Shown: positions 18,268 to 26,183 of the stretch, in pieces
How positions within the stretch are numbered: position 1 is the first letter of the stretch
How the letters are laid out: each line of letters opens with the position of its first letter
Origin: an uncultured Desulfarculus sp.
Lineage (GTDB): Bacteria; Desulfobacterota; Desulfarculia; Desulfarculales; Desulfarculaceae
Direction of reading: 5' to 3'
DNA length: 64,000 nt
NCBI GenBank assembly: GCA_963665125.2
Contig: CAXXUK010000001.1
Span: 672,001 to 736,000 of the forward strand
Notes under the pieces: model-generated
What the model was told of the DNA's origin: nothing
What the model saw: only the letters and a program-made list of their open reading frames with translations
Database searches by the model: none
Made by a program: the position numbers and the translations under genes

Positions 18268-19638
18268 TTACGGCATCCCCCCGCTGACACGCATGATTTG
18301 GCCGGTGAGATATTTGCCTGAATCTCCGGCTATAAAATTTATTGTTTCGGTGAGGTCTTCCGCCTCACCCATTTTTTTCATGGGGATTTCTTCGGCCACT
18401 TCGTCCTGCTTGGCTTTTTGCAGGGCGGAGGGGCGGATGGTTCTGATGAATCCCGGAACAATACAGTTCACGGTTGTCTGGGAGCAAGCCAGGGACCTGG
18501 CAAAGACGCCGGTCATGGCCTGGGCTCCGGCCTTGACGCTCTCAAAACGGATTTGATCGGCAAACTGGTCCCAAGCCCATGGCGCGATGAATATGATTCG
18601 CCCGTAGGAGCGGTTGGTAAAAGCGTTTGCCAGGAAGGCTCCCATTTGGTGGGCCAGGCTCAGGTTGCCCTCCAAGGCCAAACCGGCCCGCTGGGAATGC
18701 TGCTCCTCTCCCAAATAGCCGGCCCCGAAATCCTGGATATACACATCGATTTGACCGTGCTCCCTTTCTATTTTCTCGAACAGCTCGGGGGTCATCGGGC
18801 CGTGCTCCCTGGCGTGGACAACCTTTGCCTTGGCCGCGTCGAAACCGGCGCCATAGGCCCTCAAGGTTGTTTCGTCAGGGTCTTGGTTGAAGTGGCAGAC
18901 AACATCCATTCCCCGGCTGATGGCAAAACTTGAGGCGCAAAGGCCCAGGAATGTCGAACCGTTGACAATGAGGGCCTTCTTGCCGGCCAAATTGGATGGG
19001 CCCAGGTCGATTAGGGCCTGTTTTTCCGGCGTCGGCATCAGGCCGTTGAAAAGAACGTCGAGGATTGTCTGCTCGGCTTCCAGTTTGGAAACATGGCCTC
19101 TCAAGTCCCAGCGCTTCAGGACCCATGAGTCGACCATGATCTTGATCAGGTTGGCGACCAGGCGGGCCTGGCAGGGCCGCAGCAGGCCTTGGCTGATGCA
19201 TTCGCTCACTGCGCGTTCGAACATCTGCACATGCTCGTGTTCTTTTTGCAGGAATTTGCCAAGGTATGGCCGCTGTTGGATGTGACCCTCTTGATACAGG
19301 AGCATGATCGCATCGGCCCATTTGTCCATCAGGGTGAATTCGGCGCGGACCATGCGTTTCAATTTGTCGAGGGGGTTGGGCTGGTTTTCGGCCGCCTTGC
19401 CAAGCTCCTCGAAGATCATGTTGCACATGAATTCATGGATCAAATAGAAGATGTCGTCTTTTGATCCAATATAATCATATATATTTCCGTAGCTTATCCC
19501 AGCTTCCTTGGTGAGCATCCGCAGGGTGGTCTGATGGAATCCCTTTTGGGAGAAAAGCTTGATCGCCGCCAGGACAATCTGCTCCCGCCGCTGTTCCACC
19601 AGTTGCTTGTTTTTTATGGTAGTGGGTACTTCGTTCAT
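18268..19638 (-). CDS. TetR-family regulator fused to a C-terminal SDR-like domain
   Basis: N-terminal HTH (AAIKLFSQKGFHQTT...AGISYGNIYDYIGSKDDI); C-terminal LAGKKALIVNG...VNCIVPGFIRT...IPMKKMGEAED...YLTGQIMRVSGG. Confidence 0.88.
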   Translation of the reverse strand: MNEVPTTIKNKQLVEQRREQIVLAAIKLFSQKGFHQTTLRMLTKEAGISYGNIYDYIGSKDDIFYLIHEFMCNMIFEELGKAAENQPNPLDKLKRMVRAEFTLMDKWADAIMLLYQEGHIQQRPYLGKFLQKEHEHVQMFERAVSECISQGLLRPCQARLVANLIKIMVDSWVLKRWDLRGHVSKLEAEQTILDVLFNGLMPTPEKQALIDLGPSNLAGKKALIVNGSTFLGLCASSFAISRGMDVVCHFNQDPDETTLRAYGAGFDAAKAKVVHAREHGPMTPELFEKIEREHGQIDVYIQDFGAGYLGEEQHSQRAGLALEGNLSLAHQMGAFLANAFTNRSYGRIIFIAPWAWDQFADQIRFESVKAGAQAMTGVFARSLACSQTTVNCIVPGFIRTIRPSALQKAKQDEVAEEIPMKKMGEAEDLTETINFIAGDSGKYLTGQIMRVSGGMP

Positions 19639-19890
19639 AATAATTCCGATTCATCGGTCGTAATCCGATCGTACAGTCATAATGACCTGGACATGAATCG
19701 ATGTCAATGGGATTTTGGGGAGGGAGCTGTCCTATGGCTGCTATTGGAGGTGGTGGGACGACCAACGAAAAAACAAGTAGATACCAATGCCGTCGGTCGC
19801 TAGTACTGGTTAACAATTGGATTTTTAATGATATTTTATTGCCAAATAATGATTATGTTAGTATTTTGTCTGGATCAAATATAAATATAG

Positions 19891-19904
19891 AACAAACGTT
19901 CGTT
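19891..19904. promoter_or_regulatory. Candidate TetR operator
   Basis: Near-palindrome AACAAACGTTCGTT in the AT-rich divergent promoter region. Confidence 0.45.
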
Positions 19905-19980
19905 AGCTGTTAAAGATAAAGAGCCCAAATCCACGGCAGACGGAACTACCTGAGAATGGAAAACAACAGGGGAAATAATT

Positions 19981-21552
19981 GTGAGTGAAAATATCCGCCC
20001 AGAACTGGTCGCTTTACGCAATCTTCAATCGCGAACCCTGGATGAGGGGCGTTCGCAAGCAACCGCAAAACGTCATGGTTTGGGATACCGGACCGCGCGG
20101 GAAAATTTAAACGATCTGGTAGACGACGGGTCCTTCTTTGAATACGGACAGCTGGCGGTGGCAGCCCAGAGAAACCGTTACAAATATGATGACCTGCTAA
20201 TCAATACGGCGGCGGACGGTGTGATCACCGGTGTGGCCACCATCAACCGGCAACAGTTTGGAACGGAAAAGAGCCAGGCCGCGGTTGTGGTATACGACTA
20301 CTCCGTGCTGGCCGGCACCCAGGGGTTTTTCCATCACAAAAAGCTGGACCGGATCTTTCACTTGGCCGAGGATATGAAGCTGCCGGTCATCATGTACACC
20401 GAAGGCGGGGGCGGTCGTCCCGGAGATACGGACGTCACGACCCTGGTCGCCGGCCTTAACTACACGACCTTTTACGTTTGGGCCAAACTCAGCGGCATTG
20501 TCCCGCGCATAGCCATCAACAACGGGTATTGCTTCGCTGGAAACGCGGCTCTGTTCGGCTGCGCCGATATTACCATCGCGACCAAGACTTCCTGGATCGG
20601 GATGGCCGGTCCGGCGATGATCGAAGGGGGCGGCCTGGGCAAGTGCGCACCCACGGAAATCGGGCCCATCGACGTGCAGTCCAAAAACGGCGTGGTGGAT
20701 ATAGTGGCCGAGGACGAAGCCGAGGCCACCGCCATTGCTCAAAAGGTTCTGGGTTATTTCCAGGGCCCCATCGAAGAGTGGTCATGCGCCGACCAGAAAA
20801 AGCTCCGGGACGTCGTACCGGAAAACAGGCGGAGGGCCTACCCCGTACGCAAGGGTATTGAACTGTTGGCCGACGAGGGCTCCTTTGTTGAGATAAGAAA
20901 GGCCTATGGGCAGGGAATAGTAACCGGATTTATTCGGCTGGAAGGAAAACCCGTCGGCTTGATTGCCAATAACACCATGCACCTCGGCGGAGCGGTTGAC
21001 GCTGAAGCCGCTGAAAAGGCGTCGCGTTTTCTGCAGCTTTGCGATGCTTTTGATCTGCCGATTTTGTCCCTTACGGATACGCCGGGATTCATGGTTGGGC
21101 CGGAAAGCGAAACCCAGGCGGCCGTACGCCGGATGTCCAGCCTTTTTGTCTCATTCGCCAGTGTATCGGTTCCCGTTGTCGCCGTTATATTGCGCAAGGG
21201 CTATGGCCTTGGCGCCATGGCGATGACCGGTGGCAGCTTCCTGACGCCAAATTATATTGTCGCCTGGCCCACGGGAGAGGTCGGCGGCATGGGCCTGGAA
21301 GGCGCCGTAACCCTCGGCTTTAGAAAAGAACTGGAAGCCGTTGCGGATGAAGATGAGCGGCAAGCGCTGTTCAACGAGCTTGTGGCCAAGATGTATGAAA
21401 TCGGCAAAGCCACCGAAGCGGGCGCATATTTGGAGATAGACGGTGTCATCGACCCTGCCGATACTCGGTCTGTTGTCCTGAAAGCGATCGACGCCGCCAC
21501 CCACGGCAATATTAAAAATCGCCAACGCCGCAATTTTGTCGACACCTGGTAA
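19981..21552 (+). CDS. Acyl-CoA carboxylase carboxyltransferase domain protein
   Basis: RTAREN, YDYSVLAGTQG, EGGGGRPGD, DTPGFMVG, RKGYGLGAMAM, IDPADTR. Confidence 0.9.
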   Translation: MSENIRPELVALRNLQSRTLDEGRSQATAKRHGLGYRTARENLNDLVDDGSFFEYGQLAVAAQRNRYKYDDLLINTAADGVITGVATINRQQFGTEKSQAAVVVYDYSVLAGTQGFFHHKKLDRIFHLAEDMKLPVIMYTEGGGGRPGDTDVTTLVAGLNYTTFYVWAKLSGIVPRIAINNGYCFAGNAALFGCADITIATKTSWIGMAGPAMIEGGGLGKCAPTEIGPIDVQSKNGVVDIVAEDEAEATAIAQKVLGYFQGPIEEWSCADQKKLRDVVPENRRRAYPVRKGIELLADEGSFVEIRKAYGQGIVTGFIRLEGKPVGLIANNTMHLGGAVDAEAAEKASRFLQLCDAFDLPILSLTDTPGFMVGPESETQAAVRRMSSLFVSFASVSVPVVAVILRKGYGLGAMAMTGGSFLTPNYIVAWPTGEVGGMGLEGAVTLGFRKELEAVADEDERQALFNELVAKMYEIGKATEAGAYLEIDGVIDPADTRSVVLKAIDAATHGNIKNRQRRNFVDTW

Positions 21553-21689
21553 ACGGCCGACATCATTGTTCGTGGATAGTGGGGCCCAGGTTCGCGAATG
21601 CCGGAAAATTTACGCGCAAGATAATCCGCATTCGCAACATGGCGCCCCATGTGTATTTCAGCCGTGCTTCGTGCCGTGTTTGAGTTGCT

Positions 21690-21898
21690 TGAGGTGGACT
21701 GGCAAACGCAATAGGCCGAGCTGCCGATACCGTTATCCTGGCAAACGTGCCCGGTCGTCCGGCACGCTTTCACTTCAAAATCATGTCTTTCCGGTTCTCG
21801 CAGAATCGGGTCTTCTTCATCAAGTGGATTCCGCCCCACTGGCTGCGTTTTTCCTGAAGGCTCTCCATTATCGGTGGACCTTTTACGGGATGGCTGCA
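21690..21898 (-). mobile_element. Highly decayed IS3-family (IS407-like) orfA relic
   Basis: ATG 21820 gives MKKTRFCENRKDMILK*; a shifted frame gives VCQDNGIGSSAY, resembling MKKSRF.E.QI..ILK...VCR.HGIS.ATYY; TG-initiated IR-like end at 21898. Confidence 0.45.
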
Positions 21899-22086
21899 AT
21901 CGCATTCCAAGCTTTACATTCACACATGGGAAATGATAGAAAAAATACAGTCTAAGTTTGAGATGTGTCTGTCAAATGATATTGATGGTAAAATATATCC
22001 GTAAAAATATAACCGCATTGTGTTGACCAACGTTTAATTGCGACGGCTATCCGAGGCGAGAGACATCAAATCGTAACTATTTGAAT

Positions 22087-22102
22087 TCCCCATGCATGGG
22101 GA
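22087..22102. promoter_or_regulatory. Perfect 16-bp palindrome upstream of the Fe-S gene
   Basis: TCCCCATGCATGGGGA, about 45 bp before the ATG at 22147. Confidence 0.4.
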
Positions 22103-22146
22103 CACAAAATGATCATAAATGACTATTCATATTTGCGAGGAAAAGG

Positions 22147-23232
22147 ATGACTCAAGACATCTACCAGAGACTGCGTGAAAGACTTGATGAATATGCCCTG
22201 GGTTTTCCGGCAACCAAATCCGGCGTTGAAATCAAACTGCTGCAACGGATGTTTACGGAAAAAGAGGCGGAGATTTACCTGAGCCTGAGCCGTGGCCTGG
22301 AACCGGCCAACGTGATTGCCGAACGCGCCGGCTATAGCGTCGAGGAGGCCACCGAACTCCTGGAATCCATGACGGCCAAGGGCGCGACCCTCCCAACCAA
22401 AAGGGACGGCATAAGACTGTATTCCGCCGCGCCCTTCATGCATGGCTTTTATGAAAACAACGCCTGGATGCAAGACGACAAGGAATTGGCCGAACTGATG
22501 GACGCCTATCTGCTCGGTGGATTCCAGGCCAGGGGCAAAGCGCTTCGGACCATCCCGGTCAATGCCAGCATAAAAGATGAAAGATCAGTCGCCCTGTTCG
22601 ACGATGTGATCAAAATCATTGAATCCAAAGAGCGCATCGGTGTGATGCCCTGCCCATGCAACATGCATATGCAGGTTTTGGGTAGTGAGTGCGAAAGGCC
22701 CAGGGAAGTTTGCATCGGCTTTGACTTTTACGCGGAATACTGCATCGAGGGCCTGGGCATGGGCCGCTGGATCGACCGTGAAGAGGCGCTGGAAATCGTT
22801 AAAAAGGCCGACGCGGCGGGACTGGTCCACCAGACCGGCGGAGACACCATGAGCACCGAGTGCGTATGCAACTGCTGCCCTGACTGCTGTACTTCTCTAA
22901 GAACTATAAAATTGTATGCCGCCCCGGCCAAAATCGCCGGTTCCAACTATCACGCCCAGTTGTCCGAAGACGACTGCACCCAGTGCGAAACCTGCGTCGG
23001 CCGGTGCCCCATGGGAGCCTTGACCATGGGCGACGATGCATTGTCACTGAATTTGGACCGTTGTATTGGATGCGGCCTGTGCACTACCGGCTGTCCGGTA
23101 GGCGCCATTACGCTGGTGCAGAAAGACCCGGAGCGCCTGACCGGGCCACTCCCGCCGGGCAAAGCCATCTTCATGAGGCCCTCGCGCGATTTTGAAGAAG
23201 ACATCCAGAAGTGGGTGGGTAAAAAAGGTTAA
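22147..23232 (+). CDS. Fe-S protein: N-terminal HTH-like region, Cys-rich core, C-terminal 2x[4Fe-4S]
   Basis: PCPC, VCNCCPDCC, CTQCETCVGRCP, CIGCGLCTTGCP. Confidence 0.85.
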   Translation: MTQDIYQRLRERLDEYALGFPATKSGVEIKLLQRMFTEKEAEIYLSLSRGLEPANVIAERAGYSVEEATELLESMTAKGATLPTKRDGIRLYSAAPFMHGFYENNAWMQDDKELAELMDAYLLGGFQARGKALRTIPVNASIKDERSVALFDDVIKIIESKERIGVMPCPCNMHMQVLGSECERPREVCIGFDFYAEYCIEGLGMGRWIDREEALEIVKKADAAGLVHQTGGDTMSTECVCNCCPDCCTSLRTIKLYAAPAKIAGSNYHAQLSEDDCTQCETCVGRCPMGALTMGDDALSLNLDRCIGCGLCTTGCPVGAITLVQKDPERLTGPLPPGKAIFMRPSRDFEEDIQKWVGKKG

Positions 23233-23475
23233 ATCACATTGGTTGAATGCTTTGCCGATCGTCTTGTGTACCAAGATGTATTCCCGGCGATCGGAGAGCG
23301 GCCAAGACGCAAGTACGTTAACTGGGCCAGCCGGTTTCGGCCGGCCCAGTTGTCACGATAAGGACCACCCAGGGCCGCTACCGCCACGGGCATATCTTTA
23401 CGGGCCGCCTTGCATTGACTAACCTTTTAGGTTCCAATATAATTTTTCAAATTCGCCAAATGAATTTGGATACAA

Positions 23476-23623
23476 CTTGCTGAATTAATACCGTCTCTTG
23501 GGACACTCGGTTTCCCCGCGCGATTTCTTTCAATGCTGAGCGGGGAACCCCCAAATTGAAACCGGTCACGAAGACCACCTTTCCATTTCGGAGGGGTGGT
23601 TTTTTTGTCCCAAGATCAGCAAG
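23476..23623 (+). promoter_or_regulatory. Structured leader with intrinsic-terminator hairpin upstream of araC
   Basis: Outer stem CTTGCTGA/TCAGCAAG + TCTTGGGACA/TGTCCCAAGA; inner hairpins 23509-23549 and 23574-23600, the latter followed by a T run. Confidence 0.6.
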
Positions 23624-23687
23624 CCATGTTGGTGTGATTTGCGTTGACCATGTTTGGAAAAGCCGCCCGCAACTCGGGAGGGGATCA

Positions 23688-24695
23688 GTGATCAAGTGCA
23701 TTAATTCCGTCGCGACTAACGACATTTCTTCCCAAATGCCGCTAAATTGTGGAACTCCCGCTGCCATTGATGGCCGAGAGAGGTCTTTCCACGAGGAAAT
23801 TAATTTCAAGTCGGGCCACTGGATGGTGATGACCCGGCAAACGCGCGGCCAAGGTCTGCGAATGCCTTTTGACCAGGACCAGGCTCCGGTATGCTTCTGC
23901 TACAACCTTGCGCAAACGGCCCGCTGCACCGTGCAAAACGGCGGCAAGGAAAAAATGGCCTTTGAACGCAAGGCAGGGGACGGCGTACTGGCCTATCTGC
24001 CAAAAAGCCGCGGCATTCTGGAATCGGCCAGCGGCGAAAACGTCTTGGGCATATCACTCTACTTTCCCCTTGAAAACTTCTTGGAAATGTTTGGTGCAAG
24101 CAGTGATTTGCTTGGCTCCATTCGCGCTTGGGCCACTGGTGATGGCGCCAACCCGGCGTTTTATCACCAATCCCGATTCGACTCCGAAACCAGGTTGGTG
24201 CTGTGGCAAATTTTGCAATGCCCTTATGCCGGAAAAGCACGTGAATTGTTCATGGAGGCAAAGGCCCTTGAATTGGCGGCCCTCAAGCTGGCCGAACTGG
24301 ACCCGTACAGCCGCGGAGATGCCGAAGAGCCATGCGGGCGCGTGATGGAACAGGTGCGCCAGGCTCACCAAATTTTGGTGGAACGGATGGATGCCCCCCC
24401 GGATCTGAACCAACTCGGTCGCATGGTGGGACTCAACCGTAACAAGCTCAACAGCGGCTTTAAAGAACTTTACGGTGACACTGTCTTTAATATCCTGCGC
24501 AACGCCAGGTTGGACAAGGCTCGCGCCCTTTTACGGCATTCCGAGTTGAGCCTGGTGGATATCGCCTATGCCATCGGTTATAACAGCCAAGCCAACTTCA
24601 CCACCGCCTTTCGACGCCGGTTTGGTCAATCGCCGAACATGGTGCGCAAATTCGGTCTGTCTCAGGCGGGAGCAAAGCAAATTTCCCTGAATTGA
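23688..24695 (+). CDS. AraC-family regulator (PchR/YbtA-like)
   Basis: LFMEAKALEL, LNRNKLNSGFKELYGDTVF, IAYAIGYNSQANFTTAFRRRFGQSP; GTG start after GGGAGG. Confidence 0.9.
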   Translation: MIKCINSVATNDISSQMPLNCGTPAAIDGRERSFHEEINFKSGHWMVMTRQTRGQGLRMPFDQDQAPVCFCYNLAQTARCTVQNGGKEKMAFERKAGDGVLAYLPKSRGILESASGENVLGISLYFPLENFLEMFGASSDLLGSIRAWATGDGANPAFYHQSRFDSETRLVLWQILQCPYAGKARELFMEAKALELAALKLAELDPYSRGDAEEPCGRVMEQVRQAHQILVERMDAPPDLNQLGRMVGLNRNKLNSGFKELYGDTVFNILRNARLDKARALLRHSELSLVDIAYAIGYNSQANFTTAFRRRFGQSPNMVRKFGLSQAGAKQISLN

Positions 24696-24862
24696 TGCTC
24701 ACCCCGCGACAAATCGTGCATTTCTCAAAAGCAGCCGTGCGCCGTTCATAATACAAATCCGCCTTTTTAGCCTATCAATCATAACAAGTCCTTATACCCG
24801 GTTGCCACGCCGACCGGGACGGGGCGTTGCCGTATTCCACCAGGAAAATGCAAGGTTATGTA

Positions 24863-26140
24863 ATGAAGGCTTTTTCGCTGACAGGCATCCCCAATAAATC
24901 GGTTTCAGGAACTTCGAACAAGTTGTGTCTTCTTTTGGTGATGTATTTGTCACAGAGAATTTTTCTCTGCTTCTCTTGGACTCTTTTTCCCATTGTTTTA
25001 CGCCAGCAAGGAGCCAGCCTCGGCACCATTGGTTTTTCAGCCCTTGTCTATTGCCCGTGGGCCCTTAAGTTCACCTATGCCTCATTGATAGACCGTAAAA
25101 AAGGCGGGCGTATGGGGCGTAGAAAAAGCTGGATAGTCCCACTGCTATTAGTTTCGATATTTATCATGCCGCTATTGGTGTTTTTTTCACCGGGAGGTGA
25201 TTTGGCCGCGATTTTAGCTGTGGTTACTCTGCTTAATTTTGTGTTCGCGACCATTGATATAGCAGTGGATGGTTATGCGACGGACATCCTGACACCGGAA
25301 GAACGGCCTTGGGGAAACACCATTCAGACAACTGGATATGTCTTGGGGTATATGCTGGGATCCGGGGTGTTTTTAATCGTCTATCAGCACCTTGGGTGGC
25401 AGGCCACTGTGTTGCTGATGACGGTTGTACAGGTCGTTTTACTGGTTCCGATTCTTCTGCACCGTGAACTTCCCGCCATTTATCCCGCCGGGATCGAAGA
25501 TGTTGGTCAGTTTGCGGCAGCCGGCAAACCAAAAGTATGGCCGTTGCTGCGGCAACCAAACACGGCGTGGTTTTTTGTGTTCGCCGGTTTTTTAATGGTA
25601 TTGGACCAAGGCGGCCTGCAACTGCGATTGCCCATGCTGGTTGACATAGGTTTGAATCCTGCTGGGTTCGGTCAGCTAAATATTTGGTTCGGCTCGCCTT
25701 TGTGCATTGTTGGGGCAGCCGTGGGCGGTGCGCTATTGGCAAAATTGGGCGGAAGGCCGGTTTGCGCCTTGTGTTGCTTGGGCGTGGCGGGGCTTAGCAT
25801 TTTCTCGGCATATGTCTCGCAAGGGGCGTCCGAAAGCAACTGGCCGATAGCGTTAATGATCGGGGCTGAAAAGCTTTTCGCGGGCATAATAATCACTTTT
25901 ATTTCAAGCGTAATCATGAATATCAGCGTGGGCCCTCAATCGGCTACGAATTACGCCGTTCTGGGCAGCTTGGTGCAACTGGTGCAATTCGCGGTTATGC
26001 CTGCCGCCGGTATGATCTGCGAGTTAATCGGGTATTTCGACCTGTATATGTCTTTGTCTGTTTTCGGCATCATAACCCTTTTCATGGGGGATTACATTTT
26101 ACGAAACCGCCTGATGTCAAGTTGCGTTTTCAATAAATAA
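24863..26140 (+). CDS. AmpG/RhtX/FptX-like MFS permease
   Basis: PWALKF, GRRKSWI, ATIDIAVDGYA; about 12 TM segments; start uncertain (24827-24863). Confidence 0.85.
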   Translation: MKAFSLTGIPNKSVSGTSNKLCLLLVMYLSQRIFLCFSWTLFPIVLRQQGASLGTIGFSALVYCPWALKFTYASLIDRKKGGRMGRRKSWIVPLLLVSIFIMPLLVFFSPGGDLAAILAVVTLLNFVFATIDIAVDGYATDILTPEERPWGNTIQTTGYVLGYMLGSGVFLIVYQHLGWQATVLLMTVVQVVLLVPILLHRELPAIYPAGIEDVGQFAAAGKPKVWPLLRQPNTAWFFVFAGFLMVLDQGGLQLRLPMLVDIGLNPAGFGQLNIWFGSPLCIVGAAVGGALLAKLGGRPVCALCCLGVAGLSIFSAYVSQGASESNWPIALMIGAEKLFAGIIITFISSVIMNISVGPQSATNYAVLGSLVQLVQFAVMPAAGMICELIGYFDLYMSLSVFGIITLFMGDYILRNRLMSSCVFNK

Positions 26141-26183
26141 AGACTGCTATTTATACCTGACAATGCACGTTATGGAGAGTTGT

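Noticed and set aside
21252..21955. ORFs 21252-21923 (-) and 21536-21955 (+) as real genes
   Set aside because: They overlap the carboxyltransferase end and lack motifs; better explained as an IS relic plus intergenic DNA.
23476..23623. Known riboswitch (cobalamin, Moco, c-di-AMP)
   Set aside because: Only short fragments resemble these; core consensus elements were not found by eye.
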